NCBI GenBank assembly: GCA_033763455.1
Contig: JANRKO010000039.1
Location: 1-64,000 of the forward strand
From: Polyangiaceae bacterium
Lineage (GTDB): Bacteria > Myxococcota_A > Polyangia > Polyangiales > Polyangiaceae
Direction of reading: 5' to 3'
Length of the DNA stretch: 64,000 nt
Shown here: positions 26,959-36,619 of the stretch, piece after piece
Numbering within the stretch: the stretch's first letter is position 1
Layout: each line of letters opens with the position of its first letter
Program-made: the position numbers and the translations under genes
The notes under the pieces: model-generated
What the model was told of the DNA's origin: nothing
Seen by the model: the letters and a program-made list of their open reading frames with translations, nothing else
Databases searched by the model: none

Positions 26959-28938
26959 CTACTTCCCGCTCTTCTCGCTCCGCCCCGGCAAACGTGGGAA
27001 GCGCTGGCGCGCCACCAACTTTAAGGCATCGCACGGAGCATTGTTGAGCGAAGTTTGCTCCAGCGGATCGGCGAGCACATCGTAACAGTGGTACTCCGAA
27101 TCCCACGCGCGCGCCGCTACCTTGAGCGGGCCTTGCATCACGCCCCAGTTCTCAAACGCGCAACCCCACACGCCGGCGCAGTTCGTCATCGGCAGCGGTT
27201 GCTCGGTAGCTTGGCTGCGCAACCAGCTCGTGCCTGGCATACGCGTGCGAAACTGCGTGATTTCGGGTGCATCCAAAACGCCCATCAAATCCAGCATGGT
27301 GGGCACGATATCCACGTGAAAGGTAAACTCGTTGGATTTGCCCGCTAGGTATTGGGATTCCGAAAGGGAGAGCGTTCCAGGTGGCGCGTCTACCCAGCCC
27401 GGCACTTTGATCTCTTCGTCAAAAATGCTGAAGGTATGGCCCATCTGGTTGTGTTCGCGGAATGCCTCGCCGTGATCACTCGTGTAGAGGAGCACCGTGC
27501 GCGCTCCGATGTTGGAAGAACGGATGCCTTCGATCATGCGGGCTATATGGCGATCCTGCTGGTAGATGGAGTTCTGATAGTAGTTCTTAAAGGCGGCGTT
27601 TTGTGCGGGGCCCTTGCTGGTGGTGGCTGGCTGAAAGGGCTGAGCAACGCTGTCTTCCACGCGATAGGGGTAGTGGGTATTCGAAAGCTGAATTACAGCT
27701 AAAAAAGGCTCCTTCAATTGCGCCATTTCGCTGAGCGCTCGGTCCGCCAAGAGCTCCTCTGGCGCACCGGTGTCTAGATCAGCTGTCGGATCCAGATCAG
27801 TGGCGGAGGCGAACTTATCTGCGGCAAGCTTTTCGACCCAAAGGCGCGCATTGCCGAACAACATGTTCTGACTCGTCCAAAAGGCGGTTTGAAAACCCGC
27901 GGCGCGCGCATAGTCGAAGATCACCGGCCACGTGTGCAGCACCTCGCGTGATTCATTGGGCGTTACGCCAGTCCACAGCACGGCGAGCGAAATGGCGGTG
28001 GTTGAATCCAGCGCTCGCAGCTGATGCAAAGGTACCCGATTGGGCAAGAGTCGATTGGAAAATGGCGTCTTTTTGCAGGTTGAGCTATATTCTGAGCAGG
28101 TGCTGTCGGCGCGCACACTCTCCAAGATAAACAGCACCAGATTCCTAGGCGCTTGAACACGGGGGCTAAGCCTTGGCACATGTAGAGAAGCGCGCGCGCG
28201 CGGGCGGAACGCTGTGGCATCTGCCGTGAGGCCGAGCTCGTGCTCCAGCAGATCCCCCATCGCGTTCAGATATAAGACATCTGGGGTGCTAGCCTGAGCC
28301 TGGCGGTGATGGGTCGGAATGAAAAAGGTTGCGACGAGAACCAGCGGCGCCAAGATGGCCGTAGCGCGCCCCTGTCGTTGCCGCGGCCGGACCCAGCGCC
28401 TAGCGAGCCAAACCCAAAACCCAGCGACAAAGCCTGCCGGCAGCATCACCTTGAGATAATTCGGCAGATCCGCCAGGAACTGATTCAGCACGCTGCCGGC
28501 AAAATCCGTAGCGAAGCGCGACACATCAGAATTCAGATACACGTTGTTCTGTTCGAAAAAATACGACTGACCCGCGTGCACCAGCGTTGCAAAGAAGACA
28601 AACAACACCGCCGCCACGTGCCGCCCAACCCCACGCCGGCGCGAGGCTGCGTGCAGCAGCAGCGCCCAAACCAACAAACTCTCCAACAGCGCGCCTGCGT
28701 AAGCCAAGCGCAAGAGGCCGTTCATCGCCCACAGGCGCGGAGCCCGACGCCACACATCCAAAGCCACAGAAAGCCATGCCGGCGCCAGCAAAAGCACCCA
28801 CACCAAACGACGGCGCCACTCTGCAACTTCGCGCAAAGCGTGAGCACGTAACGATTGCTTAGCGGTGTTGGGGTTGGGCCGCAAATCACCGTCGGGGGCG
28901 GCGGAGGCACGATGTGGTTCTTTTTCACTCACTGACAA
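26959..28938 (-). CDS. membrane-anchored sulfatase-like hydrolase/transferase (LTA synthase/PEtN transferase-like)
   Basis: N-terminal TM helices; NLVLFILESVRAD; THYPY; YTSDHGE; GH; HVDIVPT. Confidence 0.8.
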   Translation of the reverse strand: MSVSEKEPHRASAAPDGDLRPNPNTAKQSLRAHALREVAEWRRRLVWVLLLAPAWLSVALDVWRRAPRLWAMNGLLRLAYAGALLESLLVWALLLHAASRRRGVGRHVAAVLFVFFATLVHAGQSYFFEQNNVYLNSDVSRFATDFAGSVLNQFLADLPNYLKVMLPAGFVAGFWVWLARRWVRPRQRQGRATAILAPLVLVATFFIPTHHRQAQASTPDVLYLNAMGDLLEHELGLTADATAFRPRARASLHVPRLSPRVQAPRNLVLFILESVRADSTCSEYSSTCKKTPFSNRLLPNRVPLHQLRALDSTTAISLAVLWTGVTPNESREVLHTWPVIFDYARAAGFQTAFWTSQNMLFGNARLWVEKLAADKFASATDLDPTADLDTGAPEELLADRALSEMAQLKEPFLAVIQLSNTHYPYRVEDSVAQPFQPATTSKGPAQNAAFKNYYQNSIYQQDRHIARMIEGIRSSNIGARTVLLYTSDHGEAFREHNQMGHTFSIFDEEIKVPGWVDAPPGTLSLSESQYLAGKSNEFTFHVDIVPTMLDLMGVLDAPEITQFRTRMPGTSWLRSQATEQPLPMTNCAGVWGCAFENWGVMQGPLKVAARAWDSEYHCYDVLADPLEQTSLNNAPCDALKLVARQRFPRLPGRSEKSGK

Positions 28939-28977
28939 GCGGAGTCCTCATTACTCTGAAAACTTCAAAGCAAGGAA

Positions 28978-29781
28978 TTAGATGGGCGTCATCCAGTTGG
29001 TAATGACATAGTTGGCAATCAGAATCGCAACGGCGCTGTGCACCACGGCACGGGTAGTGGCTTCACCCACGCCCTTGGCTCCACCTTTGGCAAAAAAGCC
29101 CTGACGACACGAGATGGCCGAAACCAAGAACCCAAACACACAAGCTTTTACCTCGCCCATGAACAAATCATTGAACGTGAGGTACTTCTCAATATTCGCC
29201 ACAAAAATCCCAGGATCAACTCCAAGCCACTTCACGGCCACCAAGTAAGCGCCGCCCATACCCACGCAAGAATACAAGATGCAAAGCAGCGGCATCATCA
29301 ACACACTGGCTAACAGCCGAGGGGACAACAAATATTGAATGGGGCTCACTCCCATGGTGGTGAGTGCATCTACCTGCTCGGTAACACGCATGTTGCCAAG
29401 CTCAGCTGCCATGGCGCTACCGGCGCGCGCGGTTACCATGAGTGCGGTAAACACTGGGCTAATCTCGCGAGCTAACGAAATGGCCACTACTGAGCCCACC
29501 ACACCTTGGGCTGAGAATTGCTTCAAGCTGTAAACAGTCTGCAGCGAGAGCACCATGCCGCTAAAGATCCCGGTGAGCGACACAATGAAGATGGACTGAA
29601 AGCCAATAAAGTCCATCGCGTTGAGCACTTGCGCCACACGCAGGGGCGGGCGAAAAATCCACGCCACCGTCTTGCCTGTGAGCTCCAGCAGTTGGCCTAG
29701 GCTATCCAGGGGCTTGAGCACCAGATCGAGCAGGTTCCAAACGCCCCAGCCTGAGTTCTCGCGTTCCGTGCTTTCTCCCAC
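28978..29781 (-). CDS. mlaE: MlaE-family ABC transporter permease
   Basis: REISPVFTALMVTARAGSAMAAELGNMRVTEQVDAL; GVGEATTRAVV. Start is GTG 29781 or TTG 29823. Confidence 0.92.
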   Translation of the reverse strand: MGESTERENSGWGVWNLLDLVLKPLDSLGQLLELTGKTVAWIFRPPLRVAQVLNAMDFIGFQSIFIVSLTGIFSGMVLSLQTVYSLKQFSAQGVVGSVVAISLAREISPVFTALMVTARAGSAMAAELGNMRVTEQVDALTTMGVSPIQYLLSPRLLASVLMMPLLCILYSCVGMGGAYLVAVKWLGVDPGIFVANIEKYLTFNDLFMGEVKACVFGFLVSAISCRQGFFAKGGAKGVGEATTRAVVHSAVAILIANYVITNWMTPI

Positions 29782-29849
29782 AAACCACTTCCTAACATGC
29801 CTTGGGGCTCGGGTGGCAAGCAACGTTCACACCGCTCGCTCTCTCCGTG

Positions 29850-30323
29850 TTAGCCGCGTGTTTCGGCTGCGGTGGCCGCAAGCAGCGCCTCACTTCTCGG
29901 CCCACTCGCAGTGAACTGCAACGTGCGTGGGGTAAAGCCTAGACGCACCGTAAGCGCGTCCCCGCCCAGCAATTCCGCATAAGGGGTGCCCCACTCCACG
30001 AGCAGGAGCGCACCCGCTTCGCGCTGAGCCAGCAAACCAAGCTCTGCAACCTCCTGCTCGGAGCTGACACGGTAAAGATCCGCGTGGCACACAAGCGGTT
30101 CTGTTTCGTACTCGTGCACCAGCGTGTAGGTGGGGCTCGTGACGCGCAATGCTTTGCCTCCTACAAGCGAACGACAAAACGCTCTAGCAAAAAAAGTCTT
30201 ACCCGCGCCGAGCGGCCCTTCCAACACAATCAAATCCGCCGCGGCGGACTGCGCCGCCAAGGCTTTCGCGAGCTCGCGCGTGCGGGCCTTGCTACCCAAG
30301 GGGAACACAACGCTTTCTGTCAC
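29850..30323 (-). CDS. tsaE: tRNA threonylcarbamoyladenosine biosynthesis ATPase
   Basis: LEGPLGAGKT; VTSPTYTLVHEY; HADLYR; LVEW. Confidence 0.95.
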   Translation of the reverse strand: MTESVVFPLGSKARTRELAKALAAQSAAADLIVLEGPLGAGKTFFARAFCRSLVGGKALRVTSPTYTLVHEYETEPLVCHADLYRVSSEQEVAELGLLAQREAGALLLVEWGTPYAELLGGDALTVRLGFTPRTLQFTASGPRSEALLAATAAETRG

Positions 30324-32137
30324 GGCAGGGCTCGCCCGCCGCCCGCAGGCGGCGGAGTAGTGAGTGGTTTCAGCAGACGGAGTGTTCGCTTGATGTCGCG
30401 GTTGGGGTCAAAGCCGCGGGCCTCACTTGACCACAATTCTACGTCAACGCTCGCAAGCGCTTGGCGGGCCAAAGTGTGAAGCTGACCCGCTTCCTCACGA
30501 TCATCGGACGAAGCGACTTCGGGAATAGCTTCGAGGGCACGCGCTCCGATTACGGCGGCGTCGTGACCTAACACCTGAAACCACGGCCCCACCTCCGCCG
30601 ATTCTGGGAACCGCCCTGCACCCAGCGCCACGGGGGCAAAACGTACTAGTGCCTCAGAAAGCCGCGAACTCTCGAGCCCAAGCAGCACCTTGGGCTTGGG
30701 CACAAAGCCGGCCAATAGGGCAGCTACCTCGCGGCTACAGGCTTCGTGCCCCAGCAAGAAAATCACTTGAAGCTTGGCTGCTTGCCAGCTTTCCCGAGGA
30801 TAGCTGAACTCCTCGTTTGCGCCCGGATCTCCTGCACACGGCAAAAAACCCGGGCCGACCCACGCGGTGCGAGAAAGCTCTGCCCCAAAGGCCGCTTCAC
30901 TCAACTTGCTCACCACCACGGCCGGAGGTACGCCCACACGAAAAGCGTACTCCGAGGCCACGCCGTCGGTGGGTGTATCGAGCAGCACCACCGGCAAACG
31001 TTCCTTCTCGGCATAGCGCGTCGCCGCAGCGGCGCTCGCTCCATCCACCCCTGCAATCGATAACGCTACACCCTCGCTCGCCAACGCCTCAAGCGCACGT
31101 TCGGTGCCACCTTCGGTGCCGTCATCCGACTCAGTAATCAGCTGCACTCCGGAATTTCCCGCGTCGGACGTGAGATCGAGTGCGCTCAAGACACCTGCAA
31201 CAACGCTCGCCGACCGGTCACGCACTCGATCGTTTCCTGCGCCCAGAACCAAGCCCAACCGACGCCCAATAACGCGCACTTTCGGCGGCGCCCCCGTTGT
31301 GGCCAAGCGTGAGAGCTCTGTGGTCACGTCCGTGACCCTTTCACGTACGGTCGTGGCCGCAAGCAACCAACGCGACAGTTTCGGATCCTTCTGCGAAATG
31401 GCCCTAGAAATAAGCGTTTGCCGGAGAGTCTTTAGAAACCACGCTCGCGCCAGCTGGCTGCCCGGGTCCCTCGCGTTAGAGGCGGGCTTGCCGAGGCGCC
31501 CCAAGGCCGCCTGAATGGCCCCCGTTGGAAGCCCCGAAATGAGGCCTCCTACGGCACGGTAGCTGGCCTCCGGCGTCGACAGGCTACCGCTTGTTATCCA
31601 ATCATACGCTGACTGAATAGTTTGCGCGTAGCGTTTGGCAGCGAGCCCCGCTCGAATGACTTCTTCGTAGTACAGCTGCCGTTCATCCCCTTCGATAATT
31701 TTCCCCTCCAAGGGAGCAAGGAGTGATAGCGCCGACTGGGGTTTTCCTTCGAAGGTGAGCGACGCTGCCATTGCCACGGTGGCAAGCTCACTGATCCTTC
31801 CGGTCGTTGTTTGCTTGACTTCTTGGGCCAAGCGCCTGCCTTCCCCGCGCTGCCCCGCATCCACAAGATTGAACGCCAGGTAACACCGAATCCACTGAGT
31901 GCCTGGATCATTCGGGTAGAGCGCCACCAGACGCCGAAGCTCAGGGGTCAGCGTACCCCGTTCTTTTCGCGGTAAAGAGAAGTACCGAATTCGAACGGCT
32001 CTTGCGTCCCGTTGCGCGTCCTTGTGCTCCGCTAACGCGGAAACGCCCGAACCTCGGGCGTGTTCTCCACTTCCGGCGCAGCCAAGGCACCCAAAGACGC
32101 AAAGGGCGCCAAGAAGCGTAACGTGGGTTGACGCCAT
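30320..32137 (-). CDS. lipoprotein with TPR-like N-terminus and periplasmic-binding-fold C-terminus (LpoA-like)
   Basis: Lipobox-like CLGC; helical repeats; LGLVL...; LGHDAA; GFDPNR tail; stop overlaps the tsaE start. Confidence 0.6.
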   Translation of the reverse strand: MASTHVTLLGALCVFGCLGCAGSGEHARGSGVSALAEHKDAQRDARAVRIRYFSLPRKERGTLTPELRRLVALYPNDPGTQWIRCYLAFNLVDAGQRGEGRRLAQEVKQTTTGRISELATVAMAASLTFEGKPQSALSLLAPLEGKIIEGDERQLYYEEVIRAGLAAKRYAQTIQSAYDWITSGSLSTPEASYRAVGGLISGLPTGAIQAALGRLGKPASNARDPGSQLARAWFLKTLRQTLISRAISQKDPKLSRWLLAATTVRERVTDVTTELSRLATTGAPPKVRVIGRRLGLVLGAGNDRVRDRSASVVAGVLSALDLTSDAGNSGVQLITESDDGTEGGTERALEALASEGVALSIAGVDGASAAAATRYAEKERLPVVLLDTPTDGVASEYAFRVGVPPAVVVSKLSEAAFGAELSRTAWVGPGFLPCAGDPGANEEFSYPRESWQAAKLQVIFLLGHEACSREVAALLAGFVPKPKVLLGLESSRLSEALVRFAPVALGAGRFPESAEVGPWFQVLGHDAAVIGARALEAIPEVASSDDREEAGQLHTLARQALASVDVELWSSEARGFDPNRDIKRTLRLLKPLTTPPPAGGGRALP

Positions 32138-32175
32138 GAGGTGCCTCCCGTAACCAACCTTCGCTCCGAGATGCC

Positions 32176-32901
32176 TTGGGTTCAACACCACGTACAGGTG
32201 ACCGATTGACCGAGGAGTCGTCAAGGGCTCTCCGGACATTCAAGATCGAGGCGTTGCGCCTTGGGCTGACGCTTTCGCCGTACGTTCGGGCCGCCACTTT
32301 CGGAGGGTTCCTCCTTCTTTACTTCACGTGCGACGCCCCGCTTGGCATTGCCGTGGGCAGTGAGCTTCCCCGAAGAGGGTCGGAACTCCCACTGGTGTTC
32401 TGGACACTTGGGATCATTATCTTGCTGGGGCTACTATTTGAGCTCGCATACGCTGCGCTCCACGTTGGCGTCGATGGCAGCGGCTCTCCTACCCACGCCG
32501 CGCGCATTACGGCCTACATCAGCTTCAGCTGGCGCTTCATCGCGCTGGCCTTCATAGGCTACCACCTAAGGCATAACTGGTGGCAAGTTGCCACCCATTC
32601 GCTCTATCTGGAGGATGTGAACGGCAAGCTCAGCCGCGAGCTTTCGAGTGTCACAAGCCTTGGCTTGCCGCTAATCGCACTAGGATATTTGTTAGGGTTC
32701 GCGAGCGTATGCTTCCACCTGAATGAGGCCCTGCGTACCGCGTGGCTCCGCGTGCCCGAGGGGCGTTATTCTCACCTGCCCGCAATCCTTCGGGTCTTCG
32801 TGAGTGCACTCGGGGTCGCGCTTTTTCTGGTCGCCGCCAACAGCGTGCTCGATCTTGCTACTGGGGCCTCTCTCCTTCACCATTTGCGACCTGCCTGGTG
32901 A
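32176..32901 (+). CDS. membrane protein, divergent succinate dehydrogenase cytochrome b558-like
   Basis: About 5 TM helices; LAFIGYHL and YLLGFASVCFHL His motifs. Start uncertain. Confidence 0.5.
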   Translation: MGSTPRTGDRLTEESSRALRTFKIEALRLGLTLSPYVRAATFGGFLLLYFTCDAPLGIAVGSELPRRGSELPLVFWTLGIIILLGLLFELAYAALHVGVDGSGSPTHAARITAYISFSWRFIALAFIGYHLRHNWWQVATHSLYLEDVNGKLSRELSSVTSLGLPLIALGYLLGFASVCFHLNEALRTAWLRVPEGRYSHLPAILRVFVSALGVALFLVAANSVLDLATGASLLHHLRPAW

Positions 32902-32919
32902 AAGACTAGGCTCCGCCCC

Positions 32920-33351
32920 GTGCCGCGTTGCTATTTCCTAACCCTGTGTGGTGGTTCAAGCTTGGATCAGCAGTCCAATAACGTAACGCTCTTTAATCTT
33001 GTGGAGCAAGTGAGCCTTGCACCCGGCCCGTGCCCGGTGGGAGCCCTTTTGCCGCTCGAAATTCACGCCTACTTTCAGTTCGCGCCGAGTGAGCTCAAGC
33101 AAACCATCCAGTTGCGTTATTCGGTGGTTGCACAATCGGGCCTCGAAACCACAACGGATGTCTTCGACCACCGCGCGCTCACCCCACATTACCGCACCCG
33201 CACGGCGGGCTTGCCTCTTCCACCGGTAACGGGCAGCTATGAGCTCCGTGTCGATTGGCGCCAAGCGGGAACAGAAGGCTGGACGCGCGAAAGCATAACG
33301 TGGCCACTTACGATCTCCGAAGCGGAGTCTCGCCCCATTACCACCCACTAA
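32920..33351 (+). CDS. hypothetical protein (DUF6941-like beta-sandwich)
   Basis: LC...D..SNNVTLFNLVE N-terminus and G.YELRV C-terminus; 7 nt upstream of folB. Confidence 0.6.
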   Translation: MPRCYFLTLCGGSSLDQQSNNVTLFNLVEQVSLAPGPCPVGALLPLEIHAYFQFAPSELKQTIQLRYSVVAQSGLETTTDVFDHRALTPHYRTRTAGLPLPPVTGSYELRVDWRQAGTEGWTRESITWPLTISEAESRPITTH

Positions 33352-33358
33352 ACGCCCT

Positions 33359-34021
33359 ATGGACTTCATTCGCGTCAACGAATTGGAAATCGAGTGCATC
33401 GTGGGTATGCGGCCCCGCGAGCGTCACCAAAAACAGCCCGTGCGGTTGAGCCTCGCCCTCGGGCTCAACCTCGCAAAAGCCGGTCGTACCGGACGGATTT
33501 TAGACACGATCGACTATTCACGCGTGGCTGACGACGTTGGATCGCTATTAAGATTTCGGCAATACCGGCTGATCGAAATGGCAACGGAAGAAATCAGCGC
33601 CATGCTGTTTGGATGTTACCCTGTACTCGAACAGATCCGGATTAGACTCGAAAAGCCGGAGGCACTCAAAGGACGAGCGCTTGGCACCTCGGTTGAAATC
33701 GAGAGATCACGCGCAGATTTTCCGAGCGCTGGAATCAACGAAAATAACCCTTCGGTGAGGACGCTACTCGAAACAGATGAGGCCGGCCTCTACTTGCTCC
33801 GGTTAAACAGCGGCCAAACCTTAAAGTTCGAAGATCCCCGCTGGGAAAGGCGCGTGCAGTGGTTGCTCGCTGGAGAGGTCCGGTGCGGCGGGGGCCCTCT
33901 GGTACTCGGCGAGCCTTGCGAGAGCACCCAGGCCTTGGCTTTTGAAAACGTGGACGCGAGCGTCGCCACGGTGTTTTGCTGTGCTTGCCAGGCGGGCGCC
34001 CAGTCTGCAGCCACGCCGTAA
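33359..34021 (+). CDS. folB: dihydroneopterin aldolase with C-terminal cupin-like extension
   Basis: IVG....ER..KQ; DTIDYS; LIEM; EKPEA; VEIER; followed by about 100 extra residues. Confidence 0.85.
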   Translation: MDFIRVNELEIECIVGMRPRERHQKQPVRLSLALGLNLAKAGRTGRILDTIDYSRVADDVGSLLRFRQYRLIEMATEEISAMLFGCYPVLEQIRIRLEKPEALKGRALGTSVEIERSRADFPSAGINENNPSVRTLLETDEAGLYLLRLNSGQTLKFEDPRWERRVQWLLAGEVRCGGGPLVLGEPCESTQALAFENVDASVATVFCCACQAGAQSAATP

Positions 34022-34154
34022 ACATCCGTTGTTGCTCCGTTTTCATCGGCTAAGTCGAGACCCTTGCGAATCATTGGACACGCGGCCGGGAGTGGGGTAT
34101 TTCGCTCTGGGCAAGCGGTGTGGGGATACCGCGAGCACCCAAGAGGGACCCACC

Positions 34155-34370
34155 ATGAACGACCAGGCACACGCTAAAGGCCCGCAAACTGAACGGAGCC
34201 CCGCGCTCTCAGAGCCCATCTCGGCGGTACGTCCCCCTAGCGCGTCGCGCGTGAAGCACCCAATTTCGGACACCGAACGGCCCGAGCGACTGAGCAGCCT
34301 GTTCCCTGAAGATGCGCACCACGCGCACGACACGATCCCCTCGCCACCACCAGACATGAGTGACGAGTAA
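34155..34370 (+). CDS. small low-complexity hypothetical protein
   Basis: ATG preceded by GAGGGA; ends with HDTIPSPPP. Confidence 0.5.
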   Translation: MNDQAHAKGPQTERSPALSEPISAVRPPSASRVKHPISDTERPERLSSLFPEDAHHAHDTIPSPPPDMSDE

Positions 34371-34449
34371 GAACATGAGCGGCGAGTAAGAGCGGTGTCG
34401 CGCATGAGGGCTCCTATGTTAGCGTAGCGCCTCTTTTTGGAGGTAATGC

Positions 34450-35340
34450 ATGCGCACTCATAGGACTCAAACCGTTGGCGCTCAGCTTGTTGCGTCGCTG
34501 ATCATTCTGCTGTTCTCAGCCGTAGCCTTTGCGGGCGGCCGGGTGCAGTGGAAATCCACCGCGATCAAGGAGCGCACCAACAAGTCTTGGCAGCTAGAAC
34601 TCACCATTACGCTGGCAAAGACGCCAGATTTTTCTAACTTGCCGATGAAGTTTGAGTTCCAACCCATCACCTACTTTGAACGTTCTATGGTGGATGGGGA
34701 CAAGCTGGTTGAACGCGCGGTGCCCCTTGAGGGGCGTCAGCCGATGATTGAAAGCGTGGATGTGGGATTTATGGATCCCGGCAGCGGCAAGGTTGAGAAG
34801 CGCACCCGATTCTCGTTCAAGCTCACGCGCGCTCGAGGCTACGAGTCTGGGGAATATAAGGTAACCATTAAAGACGGGCGCAGCGGCCAAGCCATTGGTA
34901 CCCCGCAGACGATAAAGCTGGAGGGAGAAAACGAGATCATCGATCGTCGCGCGATCGTCTTCACCGGCGAAAAGAAGAAAAAGCCTGAAGGGGCTAAGTC
35001 TGCGGAGGAAAAGCCCGCGGGCGATGAAAGTAAAGAAACGGAAAGCGGCGACAAAGCGGAGTCTACCGACGAGAAAGCCGATGCCAAAAGCGACGGCGGA
35101 GAAGAGGACGACGCAAAAGGGCCAGACACGAACAACGAAGAGGAAGACGGCGACAAAAGCGACGAGATGGAAGGCGCGAGCGACGGCCGTGATGACGACG
35201 ATGACTCGCCCTCTACGATCAAAGAGAAGCCCGGTACCTGCGGCTGCCGAACGGTAGGCGGCGGCGCTGGTGGAGCCAGCGCGGGCTTGGGCCTGCTCGC
35301 TCTTGGCCTTGTATTAGCCGCTCGCCGTCGACACGCCTGA
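34450..35340 (+). CDS. MYXO-CTERM sorted surface protein
   Basis: Signal peptide, acidic linker, and C-terminal GTCGCRTVG + hydrophobic stretch + RRR. Confidence 0.8.
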   Translation: MRTHRTQTVGAQLVASLIILLFSAVAFAGGRVQWKSTAIKERTNKSWQLELTITLAKTPDFSNLPMKFEFQPITYFERSMVDGDKLVERAVPLEGRQPMIESVDVGFMDPGSGKVEKRTRFSFKLTRARGYESGEYKVTIKDGRSGQAIGTPQTIKLEGENEIIDRRAIVFTGEKKKKPEGAKSAEEKPAGDESKETESGDKAESTDEKADAKSDGGEEDDAKGPDTNNEEEDGDKSDEMEGASDGRDDDDDSPSTIKEKPGTCGCRTVGGGAGGASAGLGLLALGLVLAARRRHA

Positions 35341-35372
35341 CGCTCCATTGCAGCGCGACATCAGCGGAAATA

Positions 35373-36563
35373 TCACGTTGACCCGGCCGCATTTTTCGGC
35401 TGGGTCGGCGATGAACAGCAGCCCGCTACCAATTCCAGTAGCGCTTCGATACCTTGGCTTAAGATCTCCGGAGGCGTGAGCAAGCTCACAACCAACCGCG
35501 CCTCTTCCTCGAAGTCGTAGAAATAGCCAGGCTGAGTGAGCACGTGCTTTTCATTTAAGAGCTTTAATGCCCACGCTTCATCCGTCATTAGGGTAGGAAG
35601 CTGGAGCACCGCGCACCAACCGCCCTCGGCAAAGAGCAAGCTCACGGGTGTGTTACGCAGGCACTCTCCGAGCACACGGTAGTTGCCGAGCACGCGCTCG
35701 TGAATGCTCCGGGTGACAACTTTGCCAACTGATAAGAAATGGGACGCCGCGGTCTTTATCGGCGTCGATACCGATAAGTACGCGTCGAGCACGAACTCCA
35801 AACGTTCGGTTGCGGCGCGCACTAGTGCAGGCTCGCCAGCCACGGTAATCCAACTAAGCTTCATTTGAGGCAGCCCCACAGATTTGGACAAGCCGTCCAA
35901 GCTGAAAAAAAGCCCAGTTTTGGCACCCACCACGCTAGTAATACGGCGATTATCCGAAGTGAGCGGGTAATCCCCAAACACTTCGTCGGAAATAACGGGG
36001 AGCCCGAGCGCCTCCAGGCGTTCGAGCTCATCTGCTTTGAGGTATGAGCCGGTCGGGTTGTTGGGGCTAATCACACAGATCGCCCGCGTCTTTTCGGTGC
36101 GCGCCCGCTCCAGCGAGTCCCAATCGATGGCCCAACTACCGTCGTATGAAAGCCGATAATCCCGCAATATCACGCTCTCAAACCTCGCCAGGTGATCCAA
36201 GAGGGGGTAGCTGGGCCTTGGCACCAACACTTCGTCGTCTGGATCGCACAGTAGCTTAAACAGTGCCGCGTAGGCTTCGCTGGTGCTCGCCGTCAGCACC
36301 ACCTGGCTCGGTGCCACGCAATACCCGCGACGTTTCCAGAGGTCTACGATTGGCGACCGTTCGACGAGCGTCGAGTTGGGGTCGTAGGCGAGAGCGGCTG
36401 GCGCTGAAAGAGGAGCGAGCAGCTCCCCAGGATACGCAAAGCCTGCTTGCGTTGGATTCGAAAGCGTTAGGTCACGAACATTGAGAGCTTTTCCCCGCAG
36501 CGCAGCAAGCGCCTCCGTAAGCGGGTTCGGAGAAAGATTTTCGGGGAGCCGCTGCGAAAACAC
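35373..36563 (-). CDS. PLP-dependent aminotransferase class I/II
   Basis: SPNNPTG; SDEVF; GLSKSVGLPQMK; QPGYFYDF. Confidence 0.9.
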   Translation of the reverse strand: MFSQRLPENLSPNPLTEALAALRGKALNVRDLTLSNPTQAGFAYPGELLAPLSAPAALAYDPNSTLVERSPIVDLWKRRGYCVAPSQVVLTASTSEAYAALFKLLCDPDDEVLVPRPSYPLLDHLARFESVILRDYRLSYDGSWAIDWDSLERARTEKTRAICVISPNNPTGSYLKADELERLEALGLPVISDEVFGDYPLTSDNRRITSVVGAKTGLFFSLDGLSKSVGLPQMKLSWITVAGEPALVRAATERLEFVLDAYLSVSTPIKTAASHFLSVGKVVTRSIHERVLGNYRVLGECLRNTPVSLLFAEGGWCAVLQLPTLMTDEAWALKLLNEKHVLTQPGYFYDFEEEARLVVSLLTPPEILSQGIEALLELVAGCCSSPTQPKNAAGST

Positions 36564-36619
36564 CTGCCCACTTTGCCTACCGGTTGGGCTTCAACGCAAT
36601 GGCTGCGCTCGGTCGACAC

